Positions 50,471 to 62,766 of a DNA stretch of 64,000 bases are shown here, in pieces. Numbering within the stretch: position 1 is the first letter of the stretch; each line of letters starts with the position of its first letter. The notes beneath the pieces are model-generated. The model saw only the letters and a program-made list of their open reading frames with translations, was not told the origin of the DNA and searched no databases. A program made the translations under genes and the position numbers. Where the stretch lies: NCBI GenBank assembly GCA_010909165.1, contig MU008167.1, forward strand, positions 310,001 to 374,000, read 5' to 3'. Source of the stretch: Anthoceros angustus (taxonomy: Eukaryota > Plantae > Anthocerotophyta).

Positions 50471-50689
50471 CGGTCGTTTAAAACATTGACTTACGTTGTG
50501 ATATGCCCTATGTGTGGTGATTGTTGCTTGAGATGGTGATTGTTGATGGTTGATTGATTGTGTGATTGTTGAGCTCTATTACATGTTCGTGAGTCCATTT
50601 TCATCTCTGATTCTTTGCTTATCTACTTTTGGTTGGGCTTCTTTCCACTCTGGATCTCCCCGGCTTTTAGGTCTTGAGTTAGTGTGTGG

Positions 50690-53600
50690 GCGTTAGTTTG
50701 GTGGTTGGCGGTGGTCACATGGGTTGCACCCCTCTTGGCTGGGGCCCTTTGGCGGCCTTTTGGGGTTCGCCATACGGACTCAAACTCTGTCTCCGGTCCA
50801 GTGGGGTCATTTGCCCTCGGTCCCGGTACCTCTTGACCTGTTACCCTTCAAGCGTTTGGCCCTTTTCGTCCCCATCCAATGGGGCGATCCACCCTCCGTG
50901 TATCAAGGACACTCCTTGTCGATCATGCTCAACTCTCTGCGTCAAGGGGTGAAAACTCACCTCGGGCACATGCATAAAGATTTCGACCGGACTACAGGCT
51001 GCCCAAGTGCCTGCGACCTCCTCCACGTCCTGCCGGCTTTGGCGCCGCAGCTTTCTCCTTGTGGTGCCTCTTTCTTCACAGGAATGGTTGCGGTCATTGG
51101 ATCACATCCTTGGGATGTTGAAACCCGCTTTCCATGTCGCGCATCTTCCGGGCTTCCTCGGCACCTTCACGATGATGCCCGTCGGCATTTCGTCTTCCCT
51201 AGATCGCCTTGCACTCGATCCGGGATGAGTTAGCTTGGTGCCTCCTCCTTCTTCTCCCGATGGTGTCTTGATTGCACTAGGGGAGCTTCTGAGCAAGTGA
51301 AGTTGCTAGCCGTCTTGGCGTTTTGGTGGCGGCTCTTGAGGAGGCTGCGTCTTTGCCAAGTCCGGCGGAATCTGCTCGGATTGGAGCAGTCTGGGTAATG
51401 CAACAAACCTCGCTGCAAGTTGCTTGGCAGTGGTGAATATATGTTGCTAGGGCTCTTGACCGTCCCTCGGCCCGCTTGAAGAGACAATTGCGCCCTCCGT
51501 GCCCTCCATCGCCACCTAAGGATGCCATTCCCGGACATATCCGACTATGTCCGGTCAGTGAGGTCATTTGCCCCGGTACCTCTTGACCTGTTACCCTTCA
51601 AGCTGGCGTTTGCAGGCCCTTTTGTCCCCATCCAATGGGGCGATCCACCCTCCGTGGTATCGAGGACACTCCTTGTCGATCATGCTCAACTCTGCGGCGT
51701 CAAGGGGTGAAAACTCACCTCGGGCACATGCATAAAGATTTCGACCCGGACTACAGGGGCCCAAGTGCAGCTGCGACCTCCTCCACGTCCATTGCCCGGC
51801 TTTGGCGCCGCAGTAGCTTTCTCCTTGTGGTGCCTCTTTCTTCACAGGAATGGTTGCGGTCGGTGGATCACATCCTTGGGATGTTGAAACCCGCTTTCCA
51901 TGTCGCGCATCTTCATGAGCTTCCTCGGCACCTTCACGATGATGCCGTCGGCATTTCGTCTTCCCTAGATCGCCTTGCACTCGATCCGGGATGAGTTAGC
52001 TTGGTCTCCTCCTTCTTCTCCCGATGGTGTCTTCTTGGTGCACTAGAGCTTCAGGCAAGTGAAGTTGCTAGCCGTCTTGGCGTTTTGGTGGCGGCTCTTG
52101 AGGAGGAGGCATGCGTCTTTGCCAAGTCCGGGCGGAATCTTTCGGATTGGAGCAGTGCGGGTAATGCAACAAACCTCGCTGCAAGTTGCTTGGCAGTGGT
52201 GAATATATGTGCTAGGGCTCTTGACCGTCCCTGGCCTCCGCTTGAAGAGACAATTGCGCCCTCCGTGCCCTCCATCGCCACCTAAGGATGCCATTCCCGG
52301 ACATATCCGACTATGTCCCGGAGGATCCCTTCTCCACTGGGCGGCTTTTGCTCAGCTCTCTCCACAACCCTCGTCTTTCATCTGCGGTTTGTCGGGAATG
52401 GTGTTCGAACACCTTAGGGACCTCTTTCTCCCGAAGATCCATCCGCGGCTTTCGAGCTCTTTTCTCTGGGCTGCTGCGGTGGCTCGTGGAGAGATGCCTC
52501 ACCGGTTTGTTCTTGCGGCTAGTAGGCTTGTCGCTATGGACAAGCACTTTCTCGAGCGTCGCCCACTCGCGGTTGGGGAGGCCTTCATGCGGCTACTCGG
52601 TGCCGCTATCGCCCTGCGGTCGCTCCCTTCTCCGGACACTTCAACCCCTTCAATTTGGCATTGCCACTCAGGGGCTGAGTCATGGTGCTAGGGGTGGCTT
52701 GCCTTGATACCCACCCGGATTGGGTAGTCTTACGGTGGATGTCGAGGCATTCAATACCATTTCCGGGCGTCATCTTTGAGGAGCTTAGGGATCTTTGGCG
52801 TCTAGAGTCTTATACCCTTTGTCCGGTGCTTCTACGGAGGTCCTCCAACCTCTACTACCGGCCTGAAACGTCTCTTGAGTTTCGCCGTCTCGTCTTGGAA
52901 TCGGCCACGGTACGAGGCAAGGCGACCAGGCGGTGCTCTCTTCGCTATTGCTCACTATAGGGCCCTATCTAGGGCCGCCCTCTCCGCGCACGACTGTGTC
53001 TTCCCTTCGTTGGCAGACGATTCTCACATCCTCGAGCCTGGGGACAAAGTCAAGGAGGCCTTTGAGATATTCTCTTCCAAGCTTTCGTTGGTGGGCTTGA
53101 AGGTCAAGATGTCCAAGTGCGCGTCGGTCTCCGTCGGGATCACCTACTCTGCGGTTTCTTGGGAGATTACTCGGCTCTTGGTCTCAGTTCTTGGGGTCCC
53201 CTTTGGTTCCCACTTCATTGGGAGCTTCTGGACAAGGCCCTTGCAGAGGACCTCTCCCATATTGAAGACCTCCTTTCTTTGGAGGATGCTCGGGTGGCCT
53301 TTGGAATCCTTTCCTTGTTTGCTAGGCGCCACAGGTACCTCATCCGTCTGTTGCCTCAGTCTCGGTCCTTTTGTCCGGCTCGGGGTTTGATCTGAAGATT
53401 ATGGATACTCTTGGGGACATCTTGGGCTCGGGGCTTTTGAGTGCCACAGGGGCGACTGGCCAGCAAGCATCCACTGTGCAATTTGGGCGTGGGGCTCTCA
53501 TCGGAGGTCTCTTCCGGCGGCTTTCTTGGGAGTTGGGCCCTCTGCCCGCCTTGGCTTCCGTTTCATCCTCCATGACAAGCCCTTTCTCGAGGATCTCGTA

Positions 53601-55085
53601 TCAAGTGTGGAGGAGGAACCTTCTCTCTCAATCGTCCTTGAGGCGGGCGGAGACATGTTATCGGCGGATGCTCGGAAGGACTTCCCTCCTTTCTCTACAT
53701 TTATCAGCATGGCTTTAGGGATTGCAGGCATCTACGCTCGAGCGGCTCGGCCGAGCTTTGATCATCCTCGGGACCCCTCCATCTCCAGGTCCACTAGGCG
53801 CGGCTCGCTCTTGTTGCAGGAAGGAGGCGGGGTAGCTCTTGGCCGCCCATGCATACAGGATTTCATCGCACCAACCACCTCTGCGATGCGATTGGTCTCG
53901 GCCTACTCCGGCTGTGGCTTCTTCGCTCCTCACTTGTGAGTGCGGCTCTGCTCTCAGCGTCTCTGGTGTCCACCTTGCTCGTTGTCCCCAGTCCGCATTG
54001 CCACTCATGGCGCCATCCGTGGCGTCATGTTTGCCATTGCTCGCGAAAGTGGCTATATGGCACGGAGGAGGCGGGAGTATACTCTTCTTACGGTCGTTCA
54101 ATCGAGGCGGACTTATACCTTGTCGTGGCGACGAGGTTGTGGTGGCGGATGTAGTGGTTCTTGACCACGCGTGGCGCCACCTCGGTCATCACCAACCGTC
54201 TGCTGCCGTCTGGCTCTCAAGGTCATAAGTATAGCGAGGATGCAAGCGGGCCACCTCTTTATCCCTTGCTCTAAAGCGTATGGGGCAATGGGTGGGACTT
54301 TGACAAATTCATCAAGTCTTGTGCCAAAGCTTACCATCTTGTGAGGCATAGTCTTGAGGTCCCTCTCGTACTTCACGGCATACTTCCGGCGGGTTTCTAT
54401 TGCTCTTGGCGTCTGGTGTCCACCTTGCTCGTTGTCCCCACATCGCATTGCCACTCAGCGCCATCCGTGCGTCATGTTTGCCATTGCTCGCGAAAGTGGC
54501 TATATGGCACGGAGGGAGGCGGGGTATACTCTTCTTACGGTCGTTCAATCGGCGGACTTATACCTTGTCCGTGGCGACCGGTTGTGGTGGCGGATGTAGT
54601 GGTTCTTGACCACGCGTGGCGCCACCTCCGCCAGTCATCACCAACCGTCGGTGGGCTGCCGTCGGCTCTCAAGGTCCATAAGTATAGCGAGGATGCAAGC
54701 GGGCCACCTCTTTATCCGCTTGCTCTAGAAGCGTATGGGGCAATGGTGAGGACTTTGACAAATTCATCAAGTCTTGTGCCAAAGCTTACCATGCATCTTG
54801 TGAGGCATAGTCGTTGTCCCTCTCGTACTTCACATACTTCCGGCGGGTTTCTATTGCTCTTCAGGCGCTCTCAGCGGCGATTCTCCATAAAGGCGGCGGT
54901 GGGTGATGCCTTTTCCTCTTCCTCCGTGGTTTGCGGGCCGTTTATTCTACGCATATGACATTGTGGGTGCGATTGGTCACTTTAGGTAGGGAGCTCGTTG
55001 CTCCTCTTCCTCAAACCGGGTCCCCATTTGTTGTCCCCTCCTAGATGGTCTCTTTCCATCGTTCTTTCACCTCAATAAATCATCT
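50690..55085 (+). mobile_element. CRE-like non-LTR retrotransposon (C2H2 - RT - CCHC - restriction-like endonuclease), frameshifted, with two internal adjacent duplications
   Basis: CRSCSTL..QGVKTHLGHMH (C2H2); GLSGMVFEHL...ASRLVAMDK...RPLAVGEAFMRL; QFGIA; HPDWVVL.VDVEAFNTIS; SLADDSHIL (RT); CECG...GVHLARC; ADLYL...VVADVVVLD; HKYSED..YPLALEAYG (RLE). AATAAA at 55074 followed by a TA-rich tract. Duplications at approx. 50793/51551 and 53957/54408. Confidence 0.8.
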
Positions 55086-56339
55086 TTTTTATAAGTATAT
55101 ATACATATATACATACATAAGTACGTGTTTCAATCATACATATATAGGAATATACATAACAAGTCGGCCTGCAAATCGTATATACAGAAAGACATATAAA
55201 TAATGGAGAATCCTACTACACATAATCAGGTAAAAACAAGAGTTTCACTTATGTAGGTGGAGCTTAAAAACAAAACCAGATATGGACACAATGGTGCATT
55301 GAAGAGGGAAGGTAGATTATAAATGCATAGCTATGCAAAGTAGGAAAAATGGAAAGAGAATGACACGTACAAGGAGAAAGATAGAGTTCCTGGTTACTGT
55401 CATATAGGAAAAGGAAGGGGGGAAGAATAAAATAGTAGTGTGAGAGTGGAGCTTATTGTTAGTTATGTTGCCCCACCATGAGGGAAACAATAAAAATATA
55501 GGTGTCACACTGGAGCATTAACTAGGAGTGTGAGGTGAAAGGAGTGACCAAGAGGCATGTTGTTAAGATGGTGAGAGAAGGTGGGGAAGAAAATCTCAAA
55601 CTTAACACCAAGCCAACGAACTTAATGCTAAGCTCTTAATGGTGAGGTGTAAGGTGAACAGACCACTTGCCTGTTGTTAAGATGGTGAGAGAAGGTGGAG
55701 AAGAGTATCACAAACTTAACACCAAGCCAACTATGCAAACCTGCTTATGTTGGAGTCCTTTGTTACAATTTCATGTAACACTTTCCATTTGGAACACTCA
55801 TTAAGAAATCATAAACAATGCTTGTGAGAGAGAGGGTGTACTTAGGAGGGTGAGATGATGAGGGAGACAGCCAGGTTCGTGTTATGATGGTGACAAAATG
55901 AGAAGGGAATAGTGACAATCTTAACACCAAGTCTACATAGCTTGTTGCAATTTGGAAATGTAACATAAAATTGCAACAACGAATGTAACATGGGCTGTCA
56001 TTTCTAGTAGGGCTTGCACGCCGTCGCATTCTACATGCCTGGTTGGAAGGACGGTGATTTCACCAGGGTGGCGAGGATACCTCTGGACATGCAAAGGCTA
56101 TCTGGAAAAAGCAAGACGATCGTGGCTCATGGTGCTATGTTCGCTTTCTCAGCTCAAAGTGAGCATCAAAGGGAAATGTGGGAAGATGCACAGGAACTCA
56201 GTTGCGAGGAAGCTGCAAAGTCAGAAGGGCGAGGCGACGTGCTGAAGATCCACAAAAATGAGCATGTCGGGGACGCAAGAAGGCATAAGAATCAGTGTCA
56301 AAAGGAGATGAAGTCGTGGCAGCAAGGATAGGTGTGTCC

Positions 56340-57208
56340 CAAGCACGCGCTGCGGAACTCTGTTCCGAAATCTCTAGTGGTCTGCACGCAGTTTTGAAGT
56401 GTGGAATCCGGGTCTCGCGATATAGTTGCGTGGAGGTAAATGAAAAGACAAGGGCTGTTGCCATAATTCGGATCATTACCTTACAGAAGCGCTTTCCCCA
56501 GCTGCTTACAAAGGAGGCCATTGCTTGTTGATATCAATCTAGTAGGGAAGCGACAAGTTGAGGCTCTCAAACATCCGGTGGATATAGTCATATAGCTGGA
56601 TGGGAATGCAAATCACTCTCAGCTGCAGGCAAAGGGAGAGGAGATAGACTATCCCTAGTAGTTGAAGTGGCACGAATCATGAAGGAGATTGAAATTGTGA
56701 ACCCAAAGTGTTGGTACATACTCGAGAATGTGTGTGCTGGGTTTGACAAGCGACAGTCTGTGAGGGATAACTACGAAAGGATCCGAAGCTGGTTGGGGTA
56801 GGAACTGATTATTGATGCAGTGCAGTGTGGTTCCTATACTCACAGAATTCACAATTTCTGGACTAACGTGGCAAGCTTGGAAGTGCTGAAGCAACACAGA
56901 ACCTTGACAGTACCTCAAGACAAATATGTTGTAGACATATTACAAGAAGGAAGATAGGTGCAATTTGTGAAGAAAATCGATAAGCTTCCTTTCTTTCTAG
57001 TGAACAAGGTTGGTGAGCCAAGGAGGGATTGGCCAACACTGGTGAGTACACCACAATCTTATGTCTTTAGACGAGGTGGCGATGGAATGATTCTGGACCA
57101 TGCTGGCAATGAACTTGGTGAACCATCTGTGGAAGAGTAGGAGGTTGCCATGGGATTCGTCACGGGTGACACTCAAACTATGGGAATCAGCGATGCTTAC
57201 AAGAAAAA
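56340..57208 (+). pseudogene. DNMT3-like C5-cytosine methyltransferase domain, decayed and 3'-truncated
   Basis: Motifs in canonical order, almost all in one frame: I/II AELCSEISSGLHAVLKCGIRVSRYSCVEVNE (56352 on); IV PVDIVI/AGWECKSLSAAG (catalytic Cys 56607-09, 2-nt frameshift just before); VI WYILENV (56724); VIII IDAVQCGSYTHRIHNFWTN (56811-67); IX EPSVEE*EVAMGF..GDT (57120 on). Several stops. Motif X missing. Confidence 0.85.
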
Positions 57209-57530
57209 TGTAAGGGTATTAAAGCCCAATGTACTTAGACTAATACGCTTAGTCTAAGTTAGGTGTCAGTTAAGTATCATTAGTTTAGCTGAAGCTAATC
57301 ACTAGGAAGCTTCTTGCACGGCTTCCTAGGGGCTTCTGATGGACCTTCCTAGGGATCCCTGGTGGAGGGTATAAATACCCCCATAGCCTCATCTCAATGA
57401 GAGAGATACATTTGCCTCCTCGTCTCCTCTCCTGTTTCCACCATCATGGGCTGCCACACGATCCTTCCAAAAAGTTGCTAGGGTAGGCATTTGTCCTGCA
57501 TGAGATGGGTTGTGAGTACAAGACTGGTAG
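57209..57530 (+). mobile_element. LTR-like segment, unpaired
   Basis: Begins TGTAAGGG, contains GTATAAATACCCC (TATA box typical of plant LTRs, about 57369) then a pyrimidine-rich R/U5-like stretch, and ends near ...GTACA. No second copy or TSD found in the window. Confidence 0.5.
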
Positions 57531-57536
57531 TACAAC

Positions 57537-59520
57537 TTGCTGTATGCAAAGGGCGCAAACGCTGACACAGATGAGGATGATTCACCAGTTCCAAACAAGA
57601 AAAACTTGCAGACCTACAGTGGTGAGATGGTCACGGAGGTAAAAAGCAAGACGGTGACCAAGGAAGTCCATGTATGGAAGATATCTAGTGATATCAGCGA
57701 GGAAGATCAAGTCAAGATCAAGGAAACATTGGATTGAAACCGGGGGGCTTTTGCATTCAACTGGAATGAGCTGGGAAGGTACGATTGCATCAAATTCAAG
57801 ATCGTGACCACCACCTAGGAGCCCATCTCGAAAACGACACAAGTTGAATGCGCAAACGCTGACACAGATGAGGATGATTCACCAATTCCAAACAATAAAA
57901 ACTTGCAGACCTACAATGGTGAGATGGTCACGGAGGTAAAAAGCAAGACGGTGACCAAGGAAGTCCATGTATGGAAGATATCTAGTGATATCAACGAGGA
58001 AGATCAAGTCAAGATCAAGGAAATGCTGGATTTAAACCGGGGGGCTTTTGCATTCAACTGGAATGAGCTGGGAAGGTACGATCGCATCAAGTTCAAGATC
58101 GTGACCACCACCTAGGAGCCCATCTCGAAAATGACACAAGTTGAATCGTCTTGAGTGGGATGTGGTAGAGAAGCGGTGTAAGAAATTGCATGATGTAGGA
58201 CTGATCAGGAAGTCGGACTCGCAGTATGCAGCTGCCATAGTCGTACCTCTGAAGAAGGATGAGAATGGTGAGTGGAAAGATCACAGGGACTATTGGCCCT
58301 TGAATGAGGTGACACCGATGGAAAGGTACCCAATGCTGACGCCAGATGAAATTTTCGACGCCGTTGGCAAGGCTAAGTATTTCACCACGCTCGATTTTCG
58401 CTCGTGATTCAATCAAATTATCATAGAAGATGCAGACAAGTGCAAGACGACATTTTAGGGCAGGGATCAGCTGTGGGAGTGGGAAATCATGCCATTTGGG
58501 TTGAAAAATGCCTCTATTTACTTCCAGCGGATCACAGATATGGAGTTGCAAGGAGATAGAGTATCTCGGGCATAAGATTGTGCCAGAAGGGATCATGCCA
58601 CAGCTGGCAAAGGTTCAGGCTATGATGCGGATGCCCAGGCCACGAGCTGTGGCAGCATTGAGGGCTTTCCTAGGCCTGATCAACTATTATCGCTGGTTCA
58701 TGAAGGACATGAGTGCGATTTGCAAGGCGTTGTATGACATACCCAAGAAGAACATGGCTTGGTAAAGGGAGTTGGAGCATGAAGCAGCGTGGCAGGAGCT
58801 GAAAGATCAGCTCGCAGAAAGGCCCATGCTGGCTCGGCCAGATTTTGAGAGACCATTTGTCTTACACACAGACCGGAGCATTGCGAGGATTGGAGCCGTG
58901 CTTTCCCAAGTGACAGAACAAGGAGAGGAGCATGTTGTGACGTATGCCAGCAGGTCTAACAATTCAGCAGAGGCCAATTATTTGTTCTATGAGGGTGAGT
59001 GTCTGGCTGCAGTTTGGGCAATGTTGCATTTTCCTATGTATCTGTTTGGAAGAAGGTTTCATTTGGTGACAGATCACCAGCCCCTACAGTGGCTCATGAA
59101 AAACATGAAACTCAGTGGGAAACTGGCAAGGTGGGCTTAGCCATTATTAGAATGTGACATGGAGATTGTGCATAGGGCAGGAAATACATTTGAATGCTGA
59201 CGGTTTAAGTAGAAATCCAGTACGTGATGACATAAACATGACTGAAGCATGCCATGACCAAGTCCGAGAGATGCCCGGTATGTTTGTCGCTCTTATGGCT
59301 CAGGAAGATGAGGAGTTTGCGTACGTTGTGTTAGGAGAATCCAGCAAAGACATCTGGGAGCAGCAAAAAGCCATTCAATTTCTGCAGCATGGCAAGGTAG
59401 ATGGTCGGGTGTTGCCATCTCAACTGTCCAGGTTGCAACGACGAGTTGTCAGGTACACTTGGCAGGATGGCAGCTTATGGTGCATGATGGTGAAGTACAG
59501 AAGGAGGTACCACCACCAAC
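57537..59520 (+). mobile_element. Ty3/gypsy pol remnant: RT, RNase H and start of the integrase linker
   Basis: LIRKSDSQYAAAIVVPLKKD..DYWPLN..RYPMLTPDEIFD..AKYFTTLDFRS, MPFGLKNA (YxDD region deleted), LRAFLGLINYYR, PMLARPDFERPFVLHTD, YASRSNNSAEANY..YEGECLAAVWA, LVTDHQPLQWL..LSGKLARWA, NADGLSRNP, DIWEQQKAI. Includes a 297-bp in-frame duplication (57553/57850). Confidence 0.92.
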
Positions 59521-62500
59521 AGACAGAAGTGCGATTTTACTCACTGGCATATACTGATGCCAATAGGATAGTTTAAGAATATGCCGATGCCAAGGCTAGT
59601 AGATATAGACCCTTCCACAGAGGACAAGCTCATATCATAGTTTGTCCTCTAAATGTGCAATGCAAGAGTGTTGTGAGGAGGCCAAAGCTATAACTCTGAG
59701 AGCGATGTGTGAAGAATTTGCGTATTGTTCTCGTGGGGAGAGTGTTTGTGCCACAACGTGCGAGCTACTCTCTCCTATTGTTATTGGTTTGTATGCATAT
59801 TTGCCAATTAGATATTTTTGTTTGGTTGCCTATCGAGGAAGTGCTCATATGAATGCAAGTGCTTACCTTGCGCGATAGTTGTATCATTCTTAACCAGTAT
59901 ATGGATGTTGGCTGTTAGGATTTCACGTGTTAACACAAATGATGAACCAGCAATATGAGGAACCCTTTTTGGTAGTTGTCATAGAACCCACAACAACTGT
60001 GTCAGCAGGGAAAGTCGAGATGGGCCCTTTTAGAACATTCCCACAGGGGACAGGGTTACAAGCCTCCTGATGAGCCTACTTTGAAGTACCAAACGATACC
60101 ATTGAACAAGTTTAAGGACTTCGCAGTTCATTGCAAGCAGTTTTATACCATTGCTGATTTCATTACCACATGAAGGCAGGTTGCGGCCTGTGTTCTCGTG
60201 GGTGACGGTTGCTGTATGGTTCTTGCAGTATTACCCTTAAGGCATAACGTATTTCAAGTCCTCTATAGACTCTTAGCTCTTGGACCTACTTTGGAACAAG
60301 TACTGGGTGAACACACTTTCGTCCTCCTCCCTCCTGGGCAACCGATAACCCATTGCTGGACAGGTATTAGATGTAGGTGAGTTTGCTACCTTGGCCATTT
60401 GCAGGAGATTGCAATGTCAATCCACCTGACTATGCTTGAGGGATATTAATATGTGATGTGTGTTTTGCAGTCGACAAGTTAGAATAGGTTGAAAGCCAAC
60501 TACCACCTTCAGGGCGCATGGGTAGCTTCTTCATAGCTAAACCGTAGAATGCTGCGTCATCGCATAGTCTTGTTGTACATAAACATTCATGCAGAAGTAA
60601 CGTTAGTTGAGTTCAATCAGGTGAGAGTGTGATGCACCTAGAGAAATTAACTACCGAATCTGAACGGCTTTTCTTTTAGCACTTGTATTGGATCTGATCG
60701 AAGTAGCAGGGAGAGCGAGGGACCTTTGCACTGTTTGCATCCTCATACATCATCTTGGTTGGCTATCTTGTTTGCACGCAGACCAGATGCACGATGTAGG
60801 TGATACAATCTTCAGCATGTAACCCTAAACCCCAAGCATCACTTTGGATACCTGATGGCAAGCTGAAGCCTGCATTCATCGAACAGGAGCGAAGATCCAT
60901 GCCTTTGCGTAGGGGCAAGACATTTCCAAAAAACATGTGCATCTGTGTTTCACGCGATAAAAAAACATATGTATATATATAAGAAAAACTCTAAATGGCA
61001 GAGGAGAAAATGGATGATAACATTCGATCAACATAGCCCAACTTATGTGACAAAAAGTTTTGTATCGCATACCAGAAAGTTTTCCGGGGGGCCGCAGCCC
61101 CGACCGATGTGGTCATGGGTGACATACCGAAATAGTTCCGCTGTATGCGACGGGATCTTTCTGTCCACAACCCTAAAAAAATGTGGACGCCGCGTGATCG
61201 GATCGGTATTCCATATGATGGGCCATATGCTGTCGTCAACCTACCTGATGATGCAAACAAAGTTTTCACGATACACAAAAACTTTTTCTCTCTCGGGTTT
61301 AGGGTTGCGTTTAGGGTCATTTGCGTTTTTGTGCTATTGCAGCATGCATCTGGGCGGCATATGTGGGTGGCGTACCGTTTACATTTGCGTTTGTGCTGCA
61401 CTCATCATTTGTGTTTTGCGGTGAGTGCGTTGCCCTTGCGTGCGGTGGCTGCGACGGCACTCGTGACATAAGCAAACGCTTCACCGCCTATGGGGATGTA
61501 GTTTCACATAGCACTAAGTACCCTGAAACAAGCTTGTACCACAAGGACCAACACAAGAAGGGCTTCCATGAAAACAATTGCACAGATACAAGGCTTGCAC
61601 CCAAAAAAGCCTGTAGTGCACAAGTGTAAAGTTCAAAGGGCCTACTGGACTACATAACGCGGCAGGCTGACCCCTATCCACGCCCATGGTGAGGCTTCAA
61701 CTTGTGTCCACTGCTGCAGGTACTCGGACAATGCCTCCCTCTTGCTCCTGCACTCCCTATACAATGTCTTGGCCGCCTGTTTAACATGAATGTGTGGTGA
61801 TCGGAACCCTAAAACCCTAAACAAGAAAACATGTGCATGACACAATCGGAACACCAGGCTAATATTGTGTCATAAAAAGTTTTTGCCCTGCATACAAACC
61901 TACCGAAGCTGATGTGGCACTGCAAGTATCTGAATGATGCCGTGGCATATTTCCATAGTGTACACCCAAAAAAACAAAGTCCCACACACGAAGCCGAGTG
62001 ACCAGATCGGTATTCCAGACCATCATGCGATGATGTGGAATATATATTACGAAGGAATCTTAAGATGCCGAGGCATGTAAGTGTAGAATATAAGCGAAAA
62101 AAAATTATCCCATTTAAGTAGCCGGGTGACGACTTCGATATTCCATAGTATGGAGGAAGAGGAAACGGAAGAGGAAGAGGAAGAGGAGGAGGTTTTTTAT
62201 TAAGGGGTGAACTCGTATTTCTCACGTTTCCTTTTCCATGTAGCTGTGTACCTAGGTACCTACATAGCTATGTACATACGCTCATCGTACAATGTCCATT
62301 GGCTGGACGTTCTCACAGCCTCACAGCACTCGACTTTTAAACGTTGTAACGCTGTTCTGGAGTCGCCGAGCACGAAGCTTATAGTCTCATCAGTGCAGCA
62401 GGCCTGCAGGCGAGCGTGATCTGAGAGCAGAATTGAAGGCAACTTGTGGCAGCTTCTGCCAATCTAAGCAATGCAGGCTGGGATTCGGAGGAAGGAAGCG

Positions 62501-62766
62501 GGCTGTTGCACTGTTGCAGTCAAACGATTGCTTGGAACCTGCTTGGAAGTGCACGGAACGGCCGGGGTTGCTTGAGGTGCAGCACACGGATTTGTTGATC
62601 GAGCGGGGAAGGATTGGATCGGATCGGGGGATTGCGGCCAGGATTTGGTTGGATGAAGGAATTCTGAATTTCAGGTGTTCCGATCTGCCTGCCAGCCAGA
62701 GCTGGATGTGGATTTGGCGGTGAACGCTAGGGCAGCAGCTGCGGAGAGCGACCCGCTGCGGTGTTG

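Noticed and set aside
57209-59900. Complete LTR retrotransposon with paired LTRs
   Set aside because: No second LTR, clear PBS, PPT, gag, protease, integrase core or TSD found. Only a remnant is supported.
59990-60420. Minus-strand retrotransposon gag remnant (TGPAMGY...ESIED)
   Set aside because: Similarity too faint and fragmented to call without a profile search.
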